Shown here piece after piece: positions 39,431 to 51,016 of a stretch of 64,000 nucleotides of DNA (position 1 is the first letter of the stretch; the number at the start of each line of letters is the position of its first letter). The notes beneath the pieces were generated by a model. That model saw only the letters and a list, made by a program, of their open reading frames with translations, did no database searches and was not told where the DNA came from. The DNA comes from Macrostomum lignano (taxonomy: Eukaryota). Location of the stretch: contig NIVC01000910.1 of NCBI GenBank assembly GCA_002269645.1, positions 322,944 through 386,943 on the forward strand, read 5' to 3'. A program made the position numbers and the translations under genes.

Positions 39431-42400
39431 AGAGAGAGAGAGAGAGGTCGCATGCTGGGTGGACAGTGGAAAACTCGGCTAAATAACAACAAAGAGCGCA
39501 GACAATATCCGGTGTCCCCAACTGCACGCTTCGGCAATTTATCCCTTCTGCTTGTGGATCCCGAACGGACTCCAATGCCGCTGTTTTGCCGCACAGAGGC
39601 CGGGACAGTGAGAGAATGAAAGCTTCGGAAATGGACAAAATTGGCGTGAAGCGGCCCAGCTGTCTGGGAAATTCGATGCCGCTTAGCCGCTAGCCCCCCC
39701 CCCCCCACTAAAAATGCCACCAGCGGCCTCGCTTCATCCTTTCTCCTAAAATTTCCAAACTGGACGATCAGCTAAAAAATTGGATTCCCAAGTGCGAAAA
39801 ATTGCAAAATTTGCCCCAATGCCAAGCGATTGCCTCCCCAGTCCAGCTCTCAAAATTATTTAGATTTATTAGCTGGGCTGCGGCAGGAGGCAATCAATGG
39901 AGGCGGAGCACTGAAGGGGAGTTATTGGCTGGGAATTATCCCACGCGCGGCTCTCAGCAGCTGGCATGGCGGTCCAGCAGGCCAAGGTGGCAATGAATAA
40001 TGGATGGCCTCGACTGTCATCGGCAGGGAGATGTGAGGCTGGACGCGCGAGAGGCGCGGGGCCAAGACTTTTTAGGCTTTAGCGCCATGCCAGCTTTGTA
40101 CTTTCAATCGACTGTTGTGTTAAAATTTTCAACAAAAAAATTGGTGTTGTTTAAAATTAAAAATTAAAATTGTTTAATTGTGTTTTAGTGTTTTAAAAAT
40201 GATTCAGAAATAAAAAGTAGGGTAGACATTTCGTTGACAATATTTTACAGTAGAATTACGTTGAAAGTGCAGTTAAAAATACCGTTAAATTAAATACAAT
40301 TTAATATGGCACTATAGTGTGCTTTAATAAAAAGTAAGTTTGTCAAGTGTTTCATGCATAACTGTGTAATGCATAGGTAAATTATACGCTCCTGTATGCT
40401 AAGGAATTAAAATTACTAGCTAAACACAACGGTTTTTGCTATACTGCTTACAAGTTTTTTGCGTGACTGTGAAACAGATGAAGACTTGAGGAAGAGTCAG
40501 GCCTCTAGCTACTTGGAAGACCTAGTTTAGATTTTTAATAATAAATTCCATTCCAATAAATTACGAGCGTATTACATAAATATTATGTTTTTTAATATTA
40601 ACAAAAATAAGTAACCTATAAATTATATAATCACTTTAAAAAGCTTTACTTCAAAATTAAACGCAAAAATCAATGACAAATTAAAACTCAAGTCGTTCAT
40701 AATGGAATTTATGATATTCATTGTAATTCACTGCAATCAAAAAAATTATATAAATTAGTTACTTGTGTTTTCCAGTCCGCCCATACTTTAATAAGCTCCC
40801 TCTCTATAGTTTTCTATTCTGTCCATTTCTGTCAACTGAGCTGATTATATCTAAAAATAATTCCCAAGAGAATTAAAACACAATTTCACGCAACAATTCT
40901 GGCTAGTGGAAACTTCGCGTAACTTTGACGCGCAATTCCATTAATTTTCCTGGGAATTGCCGCGAATATTTTGCTTCCCGGGAGTCGATTGAATGCGCGC
41001 CTTCCCTGACGAATTCGAAATATTGCAGCTCAACTTGCAAACCGGTAGGGCTTGGGGAGCAACAGCTGAGGTCCCAGCAGCTCGCTGCAATTAGCCCTTG
41101 GCAATTGCCCAAGAACTCCAAAAACTATTTCTTGTCGAGTGCGAAAAAGTTTTTTTACCAGAAAAAGACAGTCTGTATTTATTTGTCAAATGTTTCCTTT
41201 TTGTTAAAAAACCCTGCTACTTACCATCATAGCTTACTTCTAGTAGCATCTCAACCAGTCTGTTTCTACGAATAAATAAAATTATTACAAGGGTGACTCT
41301 TCCAAGTACAATGACACTAAACAAAGAAATTATGTTTACAAGAAAACATGATATCAATAATGATATTTAGAGTGTATTGACAGTGATAACATTTAGTAAA
41401 ATACTGTAGTAAAAAAATCAGTAGCAAAATTAGCATCTTTTTTGTAATAGCTGTTAACAGTAAAGTTCAAAAAAATCTATTGAACTATATTAAAATTTAG
41501 TTTTAATTGAAATTTTTTTTGATGATATTCAACCCTTTTGACTCTGCTCAGTAAAAGAGATCGGACTCTCTACTTCTTCACAGCTTTTATTCTGACTGGC
41601 AACATTTTACATTGCAAGATTTAAAAATATGAGCATAAAATCCATCATTCCAACAATTTTCGATGAAATGAATTGGTTCGTGGATAGAAAAAACCTAATC
41701 TACTGATTATCAGTAGTGCATTCCGACTATTTCATGGCATAATGATTTTTTTTCCAGCATATTTTATTTAGAATCCAAATTTTCGTTTGCAACGAGACTT
41801 TGACTCGGAAAGCTATCTTAAATTGGCTAGCGCATTGCTCAGAGGGCAATTTCCTACCCGTCAGAAAGTCAAAGCAACTCTTGCTTCTTCTTTTTAAAAG
41901 GGAGACAGAGAAATAGACAGACGCTGGCAGCCGTCTCAGCTGAATCTCTCTTTATTTAAGCCAAGAGACGCCAAGATGAGGAAGAGAAGAAAAGGGGGAA
42001 GGACGAATTATCGATTTCAGCCCTAGGCTAAGAGCTGATGAAGCTGCAAGCTTGGGATAGGAGAGGCTGCGAGGGCTGGGATGGCGGCTTCACAGCGAAG
42101 TCTAAATAGGCCGTGATAGGGAGAGCTGCTGCCCGGAGGCGAACAAAAATGGCAGCGGAAGGAACGGGACCAGACTGTTTGACCCCCCGTGCGGCTTGTT
42201 GCCAACTGCACATGGCGTGCACTGCGGGAGGCTTCTTTGACTCAAAGATTCTTGGGTTGAGAATGAAAGGAACTAGAAAAAGATGGGGCACAATGAAGCT
42301 TGACTGACTGCTTCACTTTCGTTTGCTCGTCTGCCTGCTGAATTTTTTACTTCCTTGCAACACTGACTTGGGCAGTTAAAGAAATTAAAATTTTTATCCA

Positions 42401-42699
42401 AACCTATTTTTTCATGCATTTCATATTTTTGTGCGTCGCAGATAATGCTGTTTGAATACTCCTGTGTGATCAATATTTTAATGCGCTCACATGCTAAATG
42501 CAAGCAGCAGGTGCAGACATCAGCTGAACAGAGATTGCAGTCGACTTTTCTCTCGAAGAATTGAAAGCAAATTAAATAATAACGTGAATTGTTAAACAAT
42601 GATGGTCTTCAATCACTTATTGGATTGAGTTTCCATGCATACAGATTAGCTTGTACACATTAGAAAAGGTAGCGTTGCTTTCTAACGGACAGAATTCAG

Positions 42700-44282
42700 C
42701 GGATCTACTGACAGACAGACAGAAGGGAACTCAGCGCATCTACTGACAGACAGACAGAAGGGAACTCAGCGCATCTACTGACAGACAGACAGAAGGGAAC
42801 TCAGCGCATCTACTGACAGACAGGCAGAATGGAATTCAGTGCATCTACTGACAGACAGGCAGAATGGAATTCAGTGCATCTACTGACAGACAGACAGACA
42901 TACAGAAGGGAACTCTGCATCTACAGACATACAGACAGAAGGGAAATCAGCGTATCTACTGACAGACAGACAGAAGGGAACTCAGTGCATCTACAGACAT
43001 ACAGACAGAAGGGAAATCAGCGCATCTACTGACAGACAGACAGAAGGGAACTCAGTGCATCTACTGACAGACAGGCAGAAGGGAACTCAGCGCATCTACT
43101 GACAGACAGACAGAAGGGAACTCAGCGCATCTACTGACAGACAGGCAGAAGGGAACTCAGCGCATCTACTGACACACATACAGAAGGGAACTCAGCGCAT
43201 CTACTGACAGACATACAGAAGGGAACTCAGCGCATCTACTGACAGACAGAAAGACATACAGAAGGGAACTCAGCGCATCTACTGACAGACAGGCAGAAGG
43301 GAACTCAGCGCATCTACTGACACGCATACAGAAGGGAACTCAGCGCATCTACTGACAGACATACAGAATGGAAATCTGCGCATCTACTGACTGACAGGCA
43401 GAAGGGAACTCAGTGCATCTACTGACAGACAGGCAGAAGGGAACTCAGCGCATCTACTGACAGACAGACAGACATACAGAAGGGAACTCAGCGCTTCTAC
43501 TGACTGACAGGCAGAAGGGAACTCAGCGCATCTACTGACAGACAGGCAGAAGGGAACTCAGCGCATCTACTGACAGACAGACAGAAGGGAACTCAGCGCA
43601 TCTACTGACTGACAGGCAGAAGGGAACTCAGTGCATCTACTCACAGACAGGCAGAAGGGAACTCAGCGCATCTACTGACACACATACAGAAGGGAACTCA
43701 GCGCATCTACTGATAGACAGACAGACATACAGAAGGGAACTCAGCGCATCTACTGACAGACAGACAGACATACAGAAGGGAACTCAGCGCATCTACTGAC
43801 AGACAGGCAGAAGGGAACTCAGCGCATCTACTGACACACATACAGAAGGGAACTCAGCGCATCTACTGACAGACAGGCAGAAGGGAACTCAGCGCATCTA
43901 CTGACACACATACAGAAGGGAAATCAGCGCATCTACTGACAGACAGACAGAAGGGAACTCAGCGCATCTACTGACAGACAGACAGAAGGGAACTCAGTGC
44001 ATCTACTGACAGACAGACAGAAGGGAACTCAGCGCATCTACTGACAGACAGACAGAAGGGAACTCAGTGCATCTACTGACAGACAGACATAAGGGAACTC
44101 AGCGCATCTACTGACAGACAGACAGAAGGGAACTCAGCGCATCTACTGACAGACAGACAGAAGGGAACTCAGCGCATCTACCGACAGACAGACAGAAGGG
44201 AACTCAGTGCAACTACTGACAGACAGACAGAAAGGAACTCAGTGCATCTACAGACAGACAGACAGAAGGGAACTCAGCGCTG
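42700..44282. repeat. ~35-43-bp minisatellite
   Basis: Unit ctactgacagacagacagaagggaactcagcgcat with a variable (GACA)n core. Confidence 0.96.
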
Positions 44283-44645
44283 ACAGTCTCGCAGACAGTG
44301 TGGAACAGAACATACAGCCTAGGAATTGAAGACCTAGCGTTCAAGGGCTCCCCTCTCTTCCTTAGCACACTGGCTGCTGGCAGGCTCTGTATAACCAGCT
44401 GAACGCTGACTGGCTGGAGGAGACGGGCCACAGGCAAGCGACAGCTCGGGCCTGGCCAGTCACAGAGCTTCCAAGGGGAACCCAAGTCTTTCAGACGCTG
44501 TGCGGGGGTCTATCGGCTGTTCCTGAGCGGCCGCTGATAAACGGTTGAACACCGGAGCTGTCATAAAAGACCCATATCCTTGTCTAGCAACAGCACTGCT
44601 AGGCATTGAACTAAGCTAACTTTAACAGTACCGGCTTCAGTTGCT

Positions 44646-44684
44646 ATGGACGCGGCAAAGCAACAGGCGGTGCCGCTCAACGAA
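44646..44684 (+). CDS. Candidate alternative first coding exon F of DPP6/10-like gene (most proximal)
   Basis: gctATGg. 13 codons, MDAAKQQAVPLNE. Phase-0 donor GAA|gtgagt. Confidence 0.62.
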
Positions 44685-44974
44685 GTGAGTTCGATACGAA
44701 TGGTTCTAATTGTCTACCTGTAGCTACCCTGCTTACTCAAATGAATCTATCTGCCTGTCTACCAGTACCAGATCATATACTTTCCAGGCACGTGTATGTA
44801 CCTTGGTTGATAAATAGTAACAATTTGCTTCAATGAGCGAGTTTGGGTGTGCTAAAGATCTGGAATATCAAAGTGGGCACTCAAACAACTTTGTACCTGT
44901 GCATATGTATATAAAAGAACTTCGATAATATTTAACTACTTACTTACCTACCTACCTACCTACCTACCTACCTA

Positions 44975-46788
44975 CCCGGCGGTAAAAATCACGTCGAAAT
45001 GACGTCGATATTCGCCTTTCAAAAACTTGCGACAAATGAGTAGTCGTTTGAACCTTCATTTGACGTCGAAATTTCGATATGAAATTTTTATCTTCTTTTT
45101 TGCAGAAATAATTATTAGTGATATTTGAAAAATATTTTTTCAACGTGATTTTCAGTGTATTGAAAGGATCAATAAATTCAGTAAAACTGACACAACGTTT
45201 TTTTTGTTTCAACGCATCGCGAGATACACCTTTTTAAAAATATCGCCATGCTGAATGTCGATCTATTATTTGTCAATTGCAGACTTCCAAATTATTTTAC
45301 TGCGATTCATACGTAAATCTTTAACGTAAATTTTCTGTAACAAACATGGCAATTCATATTCTTTAATTGCGTTTCATTATTTTTTCGATAATTAATGTAA
45401 TATACAATTTATGCGTTTAAAGTTCGATGTTTTATAATACTGTTGCTTATAGGACGGATAGGTTTAACTTTTTATACAGGATAAGTGAATTAATAATAAA
45501 GTAGCCATAAATTAGCAACTTTTTACGTTTTAGTACAGCTTATTGGAAATTAATAATAGTGTAATATTTAATAAACAATAATAGATTAGCTTTTATAAAT
45601 GTAATAAAAGCACAATTCTATAGCTAAAAGAATGTTTGTTATGAAAAATTTTTTAGGACATTTAGGACATAGACGTAATTATAATTTTAGCCTAAATAGT
45701 ATATATAATTATCCCATTTAAACATTAATTATTTAATTATTCATTCTAATATATGTTTGTTACATTCTAAATAAAAGCATAGCCCAACCCATAACTGCTC
45801 ATGAAATAACTAGAACAGCTATAGCATTTAAGTACCTTATCGCCAGCATCTAGAGCATGAAATACTACTCATACTATAATTATCTATTTTTTCTATGTAA
45901 TGAAAACAGGATATACTATGTAACTATGCTATAAAAACTTTTATAAATGCTCTATATGGCCCAGGAATATATAGAACATTGTATAGCATTTTACTTGTTT
46001 AGTAAAGCCGCTGCTTACTCTACCAAAAATTCCAGCAAATGCCCCTCTGTCAACTCGGCGGCTGAGGACGTCCTACGTGACCGCACAAGACGCAAAAGCT
46101 GAATTTCCGTGTGGAGTAACCGCGCAGACGCCGTTGATTTTCAGTGTTTCCCTTTCACGATTACAATATGTTGAATTACATTTAGTTGCATTTGTTGACA
46201 TTGTTGTTCCTTATTTTTCCATCGTCTATTTTCTATTCTTGATAGCTTTGATGCTATTTCTATGATCGTTTCCAATTGCTGGTGAATTGAATATACACTG
46301 TATACTTTTTCATGGTTGCAGGATAATAGGATCTGGTTTGGATAGCAAATGAAACGTCATGCAGCCTTGCTTGGCATTTTATGCTTAAATATTTCTTTCC
46401 TATTTAGGTAGATTAGTGACTTTAGTGTATGGATTAACATTTATGTTTCGTCAGCTTAGTTCGTTTGTAGATCGTACATGTAGTTCGTCAGTTTATAACT
46501 ATTGAAAAAAATAACTTTTTATAACTATGAAACTAATGCACTACAGTATATTATTAATATTAATTAGTATATGTAGATAAAAATCGTCAATTTGTCGAAA
46601 ATCGCCATCTACTTGCGGTCATCATGAATATGAACGACGTCGACTTTTCGCCATCAATAGTGGAAAACGCGACGTCGCACACTCTACATCTGATGGCGAA
46701 AATTTCGACGTCGAAATCGTGGTTCAAATCGACATGAAATTTCGACGTCGCTTTTCGACGTCATTTCGACGTGATTTTTACCGCCGGG
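44975..46788. mobile_element. Non-autonomous DNA transposon with TIRs, TA-flanked
   Basis: TIR CCCGGCGGTAAAAATCACGTCGAAATGACGTCG at the left end and its reverse complement at the right. TA on both sides, inside a (TACC)n tract. AT-rich interior with no transposase ORF recognised. Confidence 0.9.
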
Positions 46789-47478
46789 TACCTTCCTACC
46801 TACCTACCTACCTATCTACCTACCTACCTATCTATCTATCTATCTATCTACCCACCTACCTACCTACCTGAGGCCAATCAGTGTAGATATCTATTAACCA
46901 AGTCCTCAGACAGCCACATTTGCTGGCCCTGTGCAGCACAGTCAGACCTGCAATCCAGACGCTAAACTAGAAGACGATCGCACCACTTGAGGCCGCTAGC
47001 AATCTGACAGCAAGCGAGAATATTTTGGCTGCTCTTATTGCGTTCTAAAGCAATAAAGCAAATCAATTTCCTTCACCCCTTTCTGCGTAGCAACAATAAG
47101 CATTTTATGCTTGCCTGCGCTTTCTTGATTATTGTATTTGCTCATCCGGGGTTGGGAGGGTGTTTCGGCTCCTTTGATCTCTGGTCGGAGAGAGGTTAGG
47201 AGGTTCGGTCTTCCCAATCTATTGATTCTACAGTCAGTCTATTGCCTCAAAATGCCCCGCTTGTATCCAGGCCAGCTGGTGTCTCTCTTCAGAATTCAAA
47301 TTTGTTTTTGTTTGCAACTTTTCACTTTTCACTGTACATTAAATCTTATCACAGTGCTTTAACTGAGACCATTTGACATCAGCTTAGAAGAGTAGCCTAA
47401 AAACCTTTTTAAGGAAGCTTTGCCATAGACAGCGGTCGCAGACAATCTTTGTAGCTCGTATACTTTTACGCAAAAGAA

Positions 47479-47782
47479 GGGGGTTGTAGCCCAGCAGTCG
47501 TTAGAGCGTCGGGCTCACGACTGAAAGGTCGCGGGTTCGATTCGCGACCCACACGGAACAATTTATGTCTTTGAGCAAGACACTTAACTCTGCATTGCTT
47601 CAGTTCACCCAGCTGTAAAATGGGTGCCAGCATTAGCTGGGGTAATTGAGGGTGTGCGGCGACCCCCCAGTCCTTGGACTGAACAGCCGTACGCAGCCTT
47701 CAGATGGGCCGCGCAAAGCTGCGGCTGAGCTGTCGGTTGCACATCTGGCCCAATTGGGGCAGGTGTAATCAATTATTATTAT
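47479..47782 (+). mobile_element. tRNA-derived SINE with CORE-like domain
   Basis: A-box-like tagcccagcagtcg and B-box ggttcgattc. The segment tgtctttgagcaagacacttaactc...cagctgtaaaatggg resembles the CORE domain. Ends in an (ATT)n tail. Confidence 0.8.
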
Positions 47783-47804
47783 ACCCACATTCCAAAATCC
47801 TCAG

Positions 47805-47919
47805 GAGCTGGTTGGCAACGCGCCGGCGCAGAAGAATCTCAGAGGCGTCGTCATAGCCGTGGTGGTGATCGTCTCCATTCTGGCCCTGATCGGAGCGGCA
47901 ATTTTGTGGTTAACGCCGA
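47805..47919 (+). CDS. DPP6: DPP6/DPP10-like: shared exon with type II transmembrane helix
   Basis: Phase-0 acceptor ctcag|GAG and donor A|gtgagt. ELVGNAPAQKNLRGVVIAVVVIVSILALIGAAILWLTP matches vertebrate DPP6 exon 2 as recalled ([38 protein letters not shown]). The symbol denotes the DPP6/DPP10 group, not strict orthology. Confidence 0.88.
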
Positions 47920-48482
47920 GTGAGTTGCCTGCTTCGCTGCAGATTTAATCTGCGCTTTTCCGCCTCTCTCTATTTATTTATCTTTTTTTCCTCCAGCCTC
48001 TGGCATGCGCGAGTACAGCTCTTGAATTTTCAGTGTCGCTTCCTGGGGGATGCTTCATAGGTGTCACAAGTTACACGTTTTCATTTCATAGACTGGTTGG
48101 TAAATCTTGCGACAACAGCAAGCTCGTACTTACGATGTCTTACATGTTTTCATCCGACGCCTAAATTCGCTCTGTTGCATTTTTATGTTAAGCTTACCCA
48201 CCGGCCTGAAGTATCTGCGGACTATGCACTCAAATGACTCACTCTTCGTCTAACGCAAAGGACGTGGCACTAATGGCAAATGCTGCGCAAAAAGCATAGC
48301 TGAGAGGCCTGTTTTTGCTACAAACCTCATTGGCAAGATAAGGATAGTTTTTAGCGCTAAATGACCCAATTGTCTTCGTATCGATCAATGCCTTTCATGG
48401 CTTCATCACAGTTTCCCGATGACGGCGTTCTTTTAGTCTGGAGGCCTCGATATTGGGGCAAGGATTACTCTTTCACCAGCTC

Positions 48483-49020
48483 CCCGCTCCCCCTCTCCTT
48501 CTCTCCCCTCTCCTTCTCTCCCCTCTCCTTCTCTCCCCTCTCCTTCTCTCCCCTCTCCTTCTCTCCCCTCTCCTTCTCTCCCCTCTCCTTCTCTCCCCTC
48601 TCCTTCTCTCCCCTCTCCTTCTCTCCCCTCTCCTTCTCTCCCCTCTCCTTCTCTCCCCTCTCCTTCTCTCCCCTCTCCTTCTCTCCCCTCTCCTTCTCTC
48701 CCCTCTCCTTCTCTCCCCTCTCCTTCTCTCCCCTCTCCTTCTCTCCCCTCTCCTTCTCTCCCCTCTCCTTCTCTCCCCTCTCCTTCTCTCCCCTCTCCTT
48801 CTCTCCCCTCTCCTTCTCTCCCCTCTCCTTCTCTCCCCTCTCCTTCTCTCCCCTCTCCTTCTCTCCCCTCTCCTTCTCTCCCCTCTCCTTCTCTCCCCTC
48901 TCCTTCTCTCCCCTCTCCTTCTCTCCCCTCTCCTTCTCTCCCCTCTCCTTCTCTCCCCTCTCCTTCTCTCCCCTCTCCTTCTCTCTCCTCTCTCCCTCTC
49001 CCCTCCCCCTCTCCCTCTCT
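48483..49020. repeat. 15-bp polypyrimidine minisatellite
   Basis: Unit tccttctctcccctc. Confidence 0.97.
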
Positions 49021-49457
49021 TTTCCCTCCAGTCCAAAATCGCTGCCTTCCAATTTCTTCTACCCTCATTTACACTCAATTTCACCACTCTCACCTGGCAA
49101 TTTCTTACCCTCAAGTGCTGCTTCCATCTCCCCTGTAACCCCTGTATGCCAGCATCTTCAGTTTGCCTTTCTCATTGTCCTCGTTACTCGCTGATTAAAC
49201 CAACCTTCATTGAGCGTAATCCGGCCACAGATCCCAGAAAAGGTGAATCCCAATACTCTCTCTGGGCAATAAAGATTGTACTATTATAAGAATAGGAAAA
49301 AGTGCCAGCAGACTTAGTTGGCTTCAGTGCGTTGCCCCGCAGGAGTGAATGGCGCCACGCACTGCCAGCCAACTAAAGAGGCTGCACTCATAAAACATTG
49401 CGCGTTCTTTTACTTTTAGCCTACATTAAACCAATTTGCGCAGCTGTGAGTGCATGT

Positions 49458-49690
49458 GGGGGGGGGCAGCTCAGCGGTAGAGGCGCCTGACTCTCGGGCC
49501 GCAGCCCCTGGTTCGATTCCCTGCGCGGCCAAAATTTATTTGGGGCTTGTGCAAGAAAAAATGGTCGGTCCAGCCCCCAAGACACAGAGAATGTACACGC
49601 CTGACGATTAGAAAGTCAGGACGGCTGTACACCCTGTGTGAGCGTGTGTGTGTGTGAGTGCGTGCCTGCGTACAGTATCGGTTGTTTTTC
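49458..49690 (+). mobile_element. tRNA-derived SINE (head plus body shared with 7447 and 18127 copies)
   Basis: A-box agctcagcggtagag and B-box ggttcgattcc. Body tgtacacgcct...gctgtacaccctgtgtgag...gtgcctgcgtac. Confidence 0.78.
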
Positions 49691-49829
49691 ACTGGCTGAC
49701 CGTTGAGACCCTTGAGCCACTGCTGACTAAAAAAGAATGCCACGAAATTTCTTCTGATGTCCCCCTTCTGATGTTTGCTATTCTATTGATATTTGCTTTT
49801 GGTTTTAAAGTTTGAATACAGACACTGAT

Positions 49830-50732
49830 AGATTGAGTGACTAAGTGACTGAGTAAGTGTGTGACCGAGTGACCGAGTGACCGAGTGACTGAGTGACCGA
49901 CTGACTGAGTGATCGACTGACTGAGTGACTGAGTGACTGAGTGACCGACTGACTGAGTGATCGACTGACTGAGTGACTGAGTGACTAAGTGACTGAGTGA
50001 CCGACTGACTGAGTGACCGACTGACTGAGTGACTGACTGACTAAGTGATCGACTGACTGAGTGACTGAGTGACCGACTGACTGAGTGACTGAGTGACTGA
50101 GTGACTGAGTGACTGAGTGACTGAGTGACCGACTGACTGAGTGATCGACTGACTGAGTGACTGAGTGACTAAGTGACTGAGTGACCGACTGACTGAGTGA
50201 CCGACTGACTGAGTGACTGACTGACTAAGTGATCGACTGACTGAGTGACTGAGTGACCGACTGACTGAGTGACTGAGTGACTGAGTGACTGAGTGACTGA
50301 GTGACCGAGTGACTGAGTGACTGAGTGACTGAGTGACTGAGTGACTGAGTAACTGAGTGACTGAGTGACTGAGTGACCGACTGACTGAGTGACTGAGTGA
50401 CTGAGTGACCGACTGACTGAGTGACTGACTGACTGAGTGATCGACTGACTGAGTGACTGAGTGACCGACTGACTGAGCGACTGAGTGACTGAGTGACTGA
50501 GTGACCGAGTGACTGAGTGACTGAGTGACTGAGTGACTGAGTGACTGAGTAACTGAGTGACTGAGTGACTGAGTGACCGACTGACTGAGTGACTGAGTGA
50601 CTGAGTGACCGACTGACTGAGTGACTGACTGACTGAGTGACTGAGTGATCGAGTGACTGAGTGACTGAGTGACTGAGTGACTGAGTGACTGAGTGACTGA
50701 GTGAGTGACTGACTGACTGACTGAGTGACTGT
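49830..50732. repeat. (GAGTGACT)n-type compound microsatellite
   Basis: Direct reading. Confidence 0.95.
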
Positions 50733-51016
50733 ATGATTGAGTGGATAAATATTTAACAGAAATTCTTCAAGTCAAGTATCGAAAAAACTGGGTGAGACAG
50801 AGGAATCCTCAGTCCATCTCTAATGGGAATCGAGGAGATTTATCCCAGATTTCCCCTGCAGCTAATAGTTCTCATGCACCTAATAAGCTGCCATAGCAAG
50901 GCTGCTTGAGTGACTCACTCAGGTAGTGCAGCAAAGCCTCCTGATATTCTGAGACAGATGGATCAGCAGCAGACTAACAGTAGGAATACCAAGCCATTTT
51001 TCCGCCCGTCGAACTA

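Noticed and set aside
42113-42307. GC-rich ORF within the first-exon region
   Set aside because: No phase-0 donor found before the stop.
49458-49535. Functional tRNA gene
   Set aside because: No complete cloverleaf, and it runs into a body shared with other dispersed copies, so it is a SINE head. The same applies to 47479, 24120 and 26630.
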